DNA of 24,194 nucleotides from an archaeon (GTDB lineage: Archaea > Asgardarchaeota > Thorarchaeia > Thorarchaeales > Thorarchaeaceae), in the NCBI GenBank assembly GCA_024276825.1, contig JAJRWI010000074.1, forward strand, positions 1 to 24,194, written 5' to 3'. The notes under the pieces were generated by a model. That model was not told where the DNA came from, did not search any database, and saw only the letters and a program-made list of their open reading frames with translations. Position numbers and translations under genes: made by a program. This document shows, one piece after another, positions 17,546-24,194 of this stretch; within the stretch, counting starts at the first letter, position 1; the number at the start of each line of letters is the position of its first letter.

Positions 17546-19075
17546 CTGAAGGTTTACGAGAGGCTCTGCTCCATTGGCTCAAGGATAGTAAGACACAAAA
17601 AAACAAGCCAGGCCCCGAAAGATGTAGAATTAGAGAGAGCAGTTACATTCCTTCAGCCAATGATGAAAATTTCCTCTGCAGGTGTGATAGGAGCATCATA
17701 CCTCTTTTCAGTACTGTTTGCGATTATTCTTAGCATTGCGTTGCTTATGATTGGGACCAATCCCATGATCATCATTCCTCTGTCACTGCTCCTTAGTTTA
17801 TTGACCTACTATGTGATTCGATCATATCCTGTTTCTCTAATGAACGCCTATAGATTGGAGCTATCAGAAGAAGCAGACATCATCTTTGAGCAGTTCATTC
17901 TTGTATTTCAGGCAGGAGGCACAATCTTTGACGCCATAGAAATGGTTGCAAAATCAGAGCATCCATTCTTGTCAAAGACATTTCAAGACATCCTAATGAG
18001 AGTCTACGAGGGAGTGCCACCCGAGACTTGCTTGATGGAGTTTGCAAAGAGTCAGCCCTCATCCGATCTGAGAAGATACCTGCTTGCAATAATATCATCT
18101 CTTGAGAGAAAGACCGATCTGCTCGAAGAATTGTCAGGCGAGTCCTTTGAGGCGGACCAGACATTACGACAGAAGAATATGGAACTTGAAAGCAGGATTC
18201 TAATAATTTCAGCAGTTTCAACATATCTTCCGATCTTGATAACATTGGTGGTGGCTCTTAGCGGTCATGCGACAGACCCATTGGTTCTCATTCTAATTCC
18301 ATTGCTAATATCCATTGATTTATTGATAACATCCCGGTTCTCAAGGCAATTCGCTGCCTATTTTGATAGGCCTAGAGATCAAGGCATCATCAGGCCCACA
18401 CAGCATGAGATAATCGAGGAGTATGATGAGTTTCTTAACTTCATGATGCTATTGGGTGAACGACTCCAGAGCGGGGACACACTTGAAGTGGCTCTGTTTG
18501 AAGTGCGAGATGATATAGCGCCGCCATTTCAGTCTAAGCTGGACTTGATGCTTAGATCAATTCAGTCAGAACGCGCCAGTATTCAGGAGGCCTTCGAGAT
18601 AGCATCGAATCATGTCCTTGGTCAGCGGGTTGCAAATTTGCTGATGACAATCATATCAATGTGTGAGATTTCAGCAAAAGATGCTGGAGAACGCATTTCA
18701 AAAATTTCTTCCAGATTGATCAAGCGCTCTTCCATTGCCAGAGAGAGAGAGTCAATATTAGCAGCGCAGAGGATGAAGGTGTATATTCTCACAATAACGA
18801 GTTCGGCGGTTCTCGGATTACTCACATCACTTGCGCCATTCCTCTACATTGGCTCTTTATTGTCATCAGGAGGTAGCTGGGACCCATATGGCATGACACC
18901 AATCTCAATACTTCCTTTATTGATCACGCTTGGTACGACTACATTTCTTAATGGATATCTCAACTCTAGGATGGTAGATGGAAAGAGAAATAACCTGTTT
19001 GCAATTGTGTGCCTGCTCTTGTACTGGATCTCATATGTGTTTTCCACATCAATTTTGAGCAGTAGTTCTACCTGA
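17546..19075 (+). CDS. Type II secretion / type IV pilus platform protein with two T2SS-F domains (ArlJ/PilC/TadBC-like)
   Basis: Two repeats of the T2SS-F pattern (VFQAGGTIFDAIEMVA...GVPPETCLMEFA; RLQSGDTLEVAL...SIQEAFE), each flanked by TM helices. The frame is open upstream of ATG 17660 to CTG 17546, which follows a GAGGAG SD. Confidence 0.82.
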   Translation: MKVYERLCSIGSRIVRHKKTSQAPKDVELERAVTFLQPMMKISSAGVIGASYLFSVLFAIILSIALLMIGTNPMIIIPLSLLLSLLTYYVIRSYPVSLMNAYRLELSEEADIIFEQFILVFQAGGTIFDAIEMVAKSEHPFLSKTFQDILMRVYEGVPPETCLMEFAKSQPSSDLRRYLLAIISSLERKTDLLEELSGESFEADQTLRQKNMELESRILIISAVSTYLPILITLVVALSGHATDPLVLILIPLLISIDLLITSRFSRQFAAYFDRPRDQGIIRPTQHEIIEEYDEFLNFMMLLGERLQSGDTLEVALFEVRDDIAPPFQSKLDLMLRSIQSERASIQEAFEIASNHVLGQRVANLLMTIISMCEISAKDAGERISKISSRLIKRSSIARERESILAAQRMKVYILTITSSAVLGLLTSLAPFLYIGSLLSSGGSWDPYGMTPISILPLLITLGTTTFLNGYLNSRMVDGKRNNLFAIVCLLLYWISYVFSTSILSSSST

Positions 19076-19080
19076 GAATG

Positions 19081-19086
19081 TTTTTT
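19081..19086 (+). terminator. Oligo-T tract, candidate archaeal terminator after the T2SS-F gene
   Basis: T6 run 5 nt after the stop, followed by a TTTAAT TATA-like box (~19100) for the next gene. Confidence 0.35.
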
Positions 19087-19132
19087 AGGGTTGAGCGCAT
19101 TTAATCTTGATACAGAAGGCAGGTGTTATCCT

Positions 19133-19792
19133 ATGCTTCAATTTGAGTTCTTTAATCTCGACTTTGGACAAATAATGGCCTACTTCCAGAATGAGATTGT
19201 CGTAGGCTGGGTACTAGTAGGAAGCGGAATAATTGCTGCAGCGTGGTTACTGGAAAGGATTGTGGATCCAATTCCACTGCTCGGTGACCTACTCAAGTAT
19301 ATCATTCACTTCGCTACGTACTTCGGATTCTTTGTAGGAATACTGGATATGCTGGTAGGTTATGTAGTATATGTCACCAATCCCGCAGGACCATATTCAG
19401 CATATGTCGCGGCATTGCTGGTGATAACTGGATTTTCGCTCAGTATGAGAGTTATCTCGAAATTCCCAATTGCGTTTCTGTTTGCAGGGGCAGCTGCGAG
19501 CTTTGGAACCTTCACAATTTACGGGTTCCTTTCGGGACTGACTAGTGATCCATTTATTGGAACCTATGTCACTGAGATTCTCACATTCAAATGGATGCTA
19601 GTAATCTGGTTCTTGCTGTTCTTCCTTGTCTATGGCTTCAGCAGCTTAATACTGAAGCTCATTGAACTGATTGGAAAGATATTCTCGTCGACACCAGTAA
19701 GCATCATCCTTGGACTTGGATGCATTGCGGTTGGGATTATTGCTCTACTGGCCCCAGCAATGTTGTTCACAATTCCATGGCCTACAGCATAA
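19133..19792 (+). CDS. Polytopic membrane protein (~6 TM), unknown function
   Basis: Almost entirely hydrophobic helices. Likely start is ATG 19133 (AGGTG at 19121-19125) rather than TTG 19091. Confidence 0.8.
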   Translation: MLQFEFFNLDFGQIMAYFQNEIVVGWVLVGSGIIAAAWLLERIVDPIPLLGDLLKYIIHFATYFGFFVGILDMLVGYVVYVTNPAGPYSAYVAALLVITGFSLSMRVISKFPIAFLFAGAAASFGTFTIYGFLSGLTSDPFIGTYVTEILTFKWMLVIWFLLFFLVYGFSSLILKLIELIGKIFSSTPVSIILGLGCIAVGIIALLAPAMLFTIPWPTA

Positions 19793-19802
19793 ATCTTATA
19801 GT

Positions 19803-19874
19803 TGAGTCGACTGGAGTGGTTGGGTCCATTCATCAGTTGAGATGGGCCTGACCACTGCCTAACCAGTTAGTTCA
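19803..19874 (+). ncRNA. Candidate structured RNA element (72-nt hairpin) in the 3' UTR between convergent genes
   Basis: 15-bp stem 19815-19829/19842-19856 and 12-position stem 19803-19814/19863-19874 (one mismatch). Six G-U pairs form only on the + strand. Confidence 0.5.
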
Positions 19875-20126
19875 TCTTCCATTCTCACTCTTTTCTTGTT
19901 TTGGACGTATCTCACGAAATATGAGAAACCGTATAGATCGCTCTTTATAGAACTCGGCAGTGCGGTTCATAAAGCCTTCAGCGAGAAATATTGTTTCGAA
20001 CCATGTTGATACATGAAAGATCTTGTTTTCAAAGTTCTGGACTGGATACACAGTGTAGCCATCTGGGAATTCCACTCCGATTGGTGTTAGAAGAGCAACG
20101 CGAAACGAGTCGCTTACGCTGTTCAT
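19872..20126 (-). CDS. Small hypothetical protein (~84 aa)
   Basis: MNSVSDSFRVALLTPIGVEFPDGY...RFLIFREIRPK. ATG at 20126 is the probable start (the ORF track starts at TTG 20156). Confidence 0.65.
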   Translation of the reverse strand: MNSVSDSFRVALLTPIGVEFPDGYTVYPVQNFENKIFHVSTWFETIFLAEGFMNRTAEFYKERSIRFLIFREIRPKQEKSENGR

Positions 20127-20228
20127 TTCCAGCCACAGTTCGCAATATTGCAACAATATTCCTCGCTACTATTCTAGACTATCATTCAATAAATCTGTTG
20201 CAGTCACACAAGGAGTTCCAAAATAGTT

Positions 20229-20271
20229 TAATATGGTATTAATATGTCTGTAGTCATATTAGAAAATATGA
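20229..20271. promoter_or_regulatory. Candidate operator array: four AATATG/CATATT boxes
   Basis: TAATATG 20229-20235, TAATATG 20240-20246, CATATTA 20255-20261, AATATGA 20265-20271, all in the divergent promoter upstream of the RHH gene. Confidence 0.45.
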
Positions 20272-20317
20272 TAAAGCATTGCTAGAGATATATCATAATC
20301 CGATAAAGGGGATTTTC

Positions 20318-20863
20318 ATGTCTGAGGATAATAAAGACCGAAAGAAGATAATCAGCGTCACCATGAGTGAGTCATTGGTTGGAAGGGTAGACGAGTTAGT
20401 TAAAGACAGAATAGGTCGTTCACGCGCCCAATTGATTGAGGATGCAGTTCGATGGTACTTGGACTTTACTGTGCATAAATGGAATGAGCGGGGTCTATTC
20501 TGGAATTCAATGAGAGTGATTCTTGCCTCTGAGTCATTACTATCGCTGTTCTTTTCAAAATTGACACCAGCAGATCAGTATGAACTTGGATTTACTGCTG
20601 GCAAGCAAGCACCTTTATCCGATGTAATGACATTATTCTTTGGAATGGACATTAAAGAAAGATCAAGTTGGGATCTCGTTCTTGAGTTACTTCAGTCCAG
20701 CGGCTGGGGTGAACTTCGTCTGCAAAACAACATAATAGTGATTGGAAATCCATTCTATCCACCATTATTCATCAAAGGATACTTGAGCGCATTGTTAGAT
20801 GTTGAACTAGAACTCATGGACACAAATGTATCAGAGAATGTGGCGCTTCGAATTCTCAGCTGA
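20318..20863 (+). CDS. Ribbon-helix-helix (CopG/NikR-type) regulator fused to a V4R-like domain
   Basis: KIISVTMSESLVGRVDELV...SRAQLIEDAVRWYL is an RHH domain. RVIL...YELGFTAGK...SGWGEL...FIKGYLSALL is V4R-like. Start ATG at 20318. Confidence 0.8.
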   Translation: MSEDNKDRKKIISVTMSESLVGRVDELVKDRIGRSRAQLIEDAVRWYLDFTVHKWNERGLFWNSMRVILASESLLSLFFSKLTPADQYELGFTAGKQAPLSDVMTLFFGMDIKERSSWDLVLELLQSSGWGELRLQNNIIVIGNPFYPPLFIKGYLSALLDVELELMDTNVSENVALRILS

Positions 20864-20888
20864 CTGAGTGAGTTAGCTTGATTATCCC

Positions 20889-21317
20889 TCACCACTCAGC
20901 TCCAAGTTCAAGAATCTCAAACTCACTCTTATATAGACCAGGAATACCTTCAATTGTTTCCTTAATCTTGGGAGCTTTTGCATGGATATTTTCAGTAGCG
21001 AAATAGACCTCATAGATGCACTTGTTCTGTTCAAAGCAGAACCCAGTGGTGAACAGTACTTTCAAGTCATGCTGTTTGAACAGGTGAGTCATGGTCTGCA
21101 TAAGTGCCGGGTTAACTTTCTCAACCTCCAATCGCACTCGGGCACCACCCTCTTTCATCATTGGGATAAGACGAATCTCGCCAGATCTCTCAAAATAAAT
21201 GACCATTGCCGCCTTCATATCTGACAAGGCAGGGTTTGCGAAGAACTCATCTGGAAGCTTAATCTCCCTCTTCCGTTTCACGTCGGCTATCATTCCTTTT
21301 GTAAGCCCTGGCACCAC
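20889..21317 (-). CDS. Putative AbrB-like + ACT-domain regulatory protein (142 aa)
   Basis: DVKRKREIKLPDEF...GEIRLIP resembles a swapped hairpin. RVRLEVEKVNPALMQTMTHLFKQHDLKVLFTTGFC...IKETIEGIPGL resembles ACT. Confidence 0.55.
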   Translation of the reverse strand: MVPGLTKGMIADVKRKREIKLPDEFFANPALSDMKAAMVIYFERSGEIRLIPMMKEGGARVRLEVEKVNPALMQTMTHLFKQHDLKVLFTTGFCFEQNKCIYEVYFATENIHAKAPKIKETIEGIPGLYKSEFEILELGAEW

Positions 21318-21484
21318 AATCGCCTCTCTAGCATTTCTAATGATACAAATGATGTATATTTATCTATCTGACAATGAGAATTGTATCTAATAACAATGTT
21401 GATTGCCACGGTAATATAGCAAAATAGGCCATATTTCTTCTCTAGCCATTAATTGTGAAAAACTAGCTGAGATTGCAAGCATTA

Positions 21485-21520
21485 TAAAAAATAAGGAGGC
21501 ATTCTCCATAGAACGCCTCC
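21485..21520 (-). terminator. Hairpin + U-tract downstream of the surface-protein gene
   Basis: Minus strand reads GGAGGCGUUCU-AUGG-AGAAUGCCUCC (11 bp, one G-U), immediately followed by UUAUUUUUU. Confidence 0.65.
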
Positions 21521-21590
21521 AACCGAAGTGGAACCCGTATCGAGCCCCACACTCGGAATCATATTTCTTAAACTGCCGGAGATCGAGAGT

Positions 21591-24194
21591 CTAGCGGCCC
21601 CTTCTCCAAAATGCGATCAGTACGATGACGATAGCAATTGGAGCTAGTATCAGGATTATGAAACCGCTGCCCAATGGATTAAATGGTTCGCCCGGTTCAC
21701 TTGTTGTTGTTTCTGACGGGGTTGTTGTAGTAGTTGTTGGGGTTGTTGGTGTCGTAGGTGCTGGTGAAACAATGACAAAAACTGTGTCCATGGCAGTGTT
21801 TCCACCCACATCAGAGACAACGATTGTGTAATTATATGAACCTGGGGAGAGTCCATCAACTGAAATTGTGATTGTTTCAGAGGTTGAATTCCATGAGCCA
21901 GACTTGATGAGAGAGCCATTCATAAAGATACTATAGCTATCAGGGTGAGCATCTTGAGGATCCCAAGTTATAGAGTGTCCTGTGGTTCCCTCTTCATATG
22001 CAATGTCATCTGGCTGATCTATAGTTGGAGCTGTTCCATCTGAAACGCTTACAATCACAGTGTCAGACGCAGTGTTTCCACCAATATCAGTGACTTCAAT
22101 CACGTAGGTATATGTGCCTATCGAAAGCCCATCAACTGAAATTGTGATTGGAGTTCCAGAAGCCCAGTTGCCAGAGGCAATAACATCTCCACCCATCGTT
22201 ATTTGATATGTTTCGGGATGTGCATCAGTCGCCGTCCATGTGATGGAGTTGCCTGTTGCACCCTCCTCATATGCAACATCAGGGGGGCTATCTATTAATG
22301 GAGCAGTTCCATCATAGACTGTGACCCACACAATATCCGTTGCAACATTGCCAGCAATATCAAATACAGCGATGGTAAAGTTGTAGGCACCAAGTCCTAG
22401 ACCATCAACTGAAACTGTGATTGTTTCAGAGGTCGAGTTCCATGAGCCAGACATTACCAGTGTACCATTTCTGTAGATTTCATATTTATCTGGGTGCAAA
22501 TCACTCGGGTCCCAAGTAATACTATTCCCAGTTGCATCTTCAGCGTAGTTGATATCTGTTGGGCTGTCGATTGTCGGATCAGTTCCATCGTAGACTGTCA
22601 CAAATACTGTATCGGTGGCGGTGTTTCCATCGATATCTGTGACCACTATGGTGTAATTGTAGGTGCCAAGTTCCAACCCGTCGACTGAGATCGAGATTGT
22701 TTCTGAGCTGGAGTTCCAAGCACCAGACTTGACAATGACTCCGTCCCTGTAGATCTCATAGCTGACTGGATTAGTGTCAGAGGGGTTCCATGTAATCGCA
22801 TTGCCTGTAGTACCCTCCGCAATGTTCAGGTCTGCAGGACTGTCAAGCACTGGAGGTCTAGCATCGGACACTGTCACCCAGACTGTATCCTTGACATCAT
22901 TATTGCCTGCATCCGTGACGACAATGGTGAAGTTGTAGACACCCCAGCCAAGGCCATCGATGGTAATGGAGATTGGAGTTCCTGATGTCCATGTGCCTGA
23001 TGCAACAACTGTGCCATTCCTTAGAATCTGGTAAGTTGTTGGGTGTGCGTCAGTTGCAGTCCAGGCTATCGAGTTACCTGTGGTTCCTTCATCATATGCC
23101 ACATCGGCAGGACTGTCAAGGACTGGAGGAGTTGCATCTGACACTATTACCCAGACCAAATCGGTCGCGATGTTGCCACCAACATCAGTCAGAGCAATAG
23201 TAAAGTTGTAAGTTCCTAGACCAAGACCGTCAACATTGATTGTGATTGGGGTTCCAGAAATCCAACTGCCAGAGTCCACAAGAGTGCCATTCCTGTAGAT
23301 CTCGTAGGTTGTCGGATGGGCATCTGTTGGAGTCCAGGTGATTGAATTGCCTGTGGCTCCCTCATTGTACGCAACATCCGCAGGACTATCCACAACAGGT
23401 GCAGTACCATCGAAAACAGTCACGAATACTGTGTCTGTGGCCGAGTTCCCACCCTGATTGAACACAATGATTGTGTAGTTGTATGTTCCAAGTGAAAGCC
23501 CATCTATTGAAATTGGAATGGTTTCAGCGCTGGAGTTCCAAGCACCAGATTTCACAAGCACTCCATCCTTGTAGATCTCATAGCTTGCTGGGTTTACGTC
23601 TAATGGGTCCCACACAATCTGATTGCCAGTACTACCTTCAGCAATTGTTTGATCAGGCGGATGGTTCAAGGTTGGAACAGTAGTGCTGTATACTGTGACA
23701 TAGACCAGGTCAACTACTGTATTACCGCCGATATCAGTCACAACAATTGTGAAGTTATAAAGTGCAACAGATAGACCATCAACATTGATAGTTATTGGAT
23801 TCCCTGATGTCCAGCTGCCTGAGTCAACAAGAGTCCCGTTTCTGTAGATCTCGTAAGTCGTTGGATGTGCATCAGTCGGTGTCCATGTGATGGAGTTGCC
23901 TGTGCCTCCCTCAGGATATGAGATGTCAGCAGGACTGTCAAGCACTGGAGGTGTGCCATCATAGACTGTCACCCAGACAAGGTCCGTGGCCACATTACTG
24001 TCAATATCAATCACTATGATGGTGTAATTGTAGGTTCCTAGACCAAGTCCATCGATGTTGATAGTTATTGGATTCCCTGATGTCCAGCTGCCTGAGTCAA
24101 CAAGAGTCCCGTTTCTGTAGATCTCGTAAGTCGTTGGATGTGCATCAGTCGGTGTCCATGTGATGGAGTTGCCTGTGCCTCCCTCAGGATATGA
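21591..24194 (-). CDS. Large cell-surface glycoprotein with tandem Ig-like repeats and a C-terminal TM anchor (5'-truncated)
   Basis: The frame is open from the window end (60 codons upstream of the track's start at 24014). 8 complete + 1 partial 91/93-aa repeats (D..PP..DSPAD..Y.EG.TGNSITW...YEIYRNG...SG.W...DGL..G.YNFTI...D..GN...D.V.V.V), many N-x-S/T sequons, poly-Thr linker, TM helix, RRGR tail. Confidence 0.9.
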   Translation of the reverse strand, partial: SYPEGGTGNSITWTPTDAHPTTYEIYRNGTLVDSGSWTSGNPITINIDGLGLGTYNYTIIVIDIDSNVATDLVWVTVYDGTPPVLDSPADISYPEGGTGNSITWTPTDAHPTTYEIYRNGTLVDSGSWTSGNPITINVDGLSVALYNFTIVVTDIGGNTVVDLVYVTVYSTTVPTLNHPPDQTIAEGSTGNQIVWDPLDVNPASYEIYKDGVLVKSGAWNSSAETIPISIDGLSLGTYNYTIIVFNQGGNSATDTVFVTVFDGTAPVVDSPADVAYNEGATGNSITWTPTDAHPTTYEIYRNGTLVDSGSWISGTPITINVDGLGLGTYNFTIALTDVGGNIATDLVWVIVSDATPPVLDSPADVAYDEGTTGNSIAWTATDAHPTTYQILRNGTVVASGTWTSGTPISITIDGLGWGVYNFTIVVTDAGNNDVKDTVWVTVSDARPPVLDSPADLNIAEGTTGNAITWNPSDTNPVSYEIYRDGVIVKSGAWNSSSETISISVDGLELGTYNYTIVVTDIDGNTATDTVFVTVYDGTDPTIDSPTDINYAEDATGNSITWDPSDLHPDKYEIYRNGTLVMSGSWNSTSETITVSVDGLGLGAYNFTIAVFDIAGNVATDIVWVTVYDGTAPLIDSPPDVAYEEGATGNSITWTATDAHPETYQITMGGDVIASGNWASGTPITISVDGLSIGTYTYVIEVTDIGGNTASDTVIVSVSDGTAPTIDQPDDIAYEEGTTGHSITWDPQDAHPDSYSIFMNGSLIKSGSWNSTSETITISVDGLSPGSYNYTIVVSDVGGNTAMDTVFVIVSPAPTTPTTPTTTTTTPSETTTSEPGEPFNPLGSGFIILILAPIAIVIVLIAFWRRGR
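23785..24194. repeat. Exact 137-nt direct repeat within the surface-protein gene (23785-23921 = 24058-24194)
   Basis: Base-for-base identity at an offset of 273 nt (91 codons, one Ig repeat). The second copy runs to the window end. Confidence 0.9.

Noticed and set aside
19073-19133. In-frame TGA between the T2SS-F and membrane-protein genes, with a downstream hairpin as a possible SECIS
   Set aside because: A T6 tract, TATA-like box and SD lie between the genes. The 19803-19874 hairpin lacks the AUGA/GA core, and the TGA is not in a Cys-like catalytic context.
21413-21435. AATATAGC-N7-GCCATATT as a second site for the RHH regulator
   Set aside because: It is imperfect, spaced differently from the 20240-20261 palindrome, and in AT-rich sequence, so it cannot be distinguished from chance.
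21515-21565. AUGA before the 3'-UTR hairpin of the surface gene as a eukaryote-like SECIS
   Set aside because: The GA on the 3' side is out of register, there is no apical AA motif, and the visible CDS has no in-frame TGA.
344-23683. Many 60-130-aa ORFs overlapping the major genes (e.g. 16449-16847, 17895-18245, 8525-8836, 20982-21224)
   Set aside because: They are antisense or alternate-frame shadows of well-supported CDSs, with no motifs or initiation signals.
21770-24194. Repeats as a CRISPR array or a DGR template/variable pair
   Set aside because: The repeats are in-frame 273/279-nt coding units with no unique spacers. Differences are not adenine-specific, and no cas or reverse-transcriptase gene is in the window.

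Overview
Gene-dense archaeal chromosomal window. Gene content and the style of the surface proteins suggest an Asgard archaeon, possibly Thorarchaeia (inference, no database check). From left to right it holds: three hypothetical genes and a small membrane protein; an archaea-specific Ski2-like SF2 helicase; several small proteins (Zn-ribbon, an uncalled 56-aa ORF, a 14-Cys protein, NIPSNAP); a 1139-aa membrane-anchored clan GH-A glycoside hydrolase; a minus-strand GNAT-like / beta-CASP nuclease / hypothetical operon; a divergent Zn-alcohol dehydrogenase / Endonuclease Q / OB-fold operon; an HTH-Zn-ribbon regulator and NreA; an orphan T2SS-F platform protein (probable CTG start) and a polytopic membrane protein; an RHH-V4R-like and an AbrB-ACT-like regulator; and the 3' part of a large Ig-repeat surface glycoprotein that runs off the window inside an exact 137-nt duplication. 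No rRNA, tRNA, CRISPR array or mobile element was found. The best candidate for an undescribed system is the EndoQ + OB-fold + NreA repair cluster, in which EndoQ lacks an obvious C-terminal PCNA-binding motif and NreA has one. Other notable items are two strand-specific G-U-rich intergenic RNA structures and an RHH-V4R regulator with a candidate operator array.
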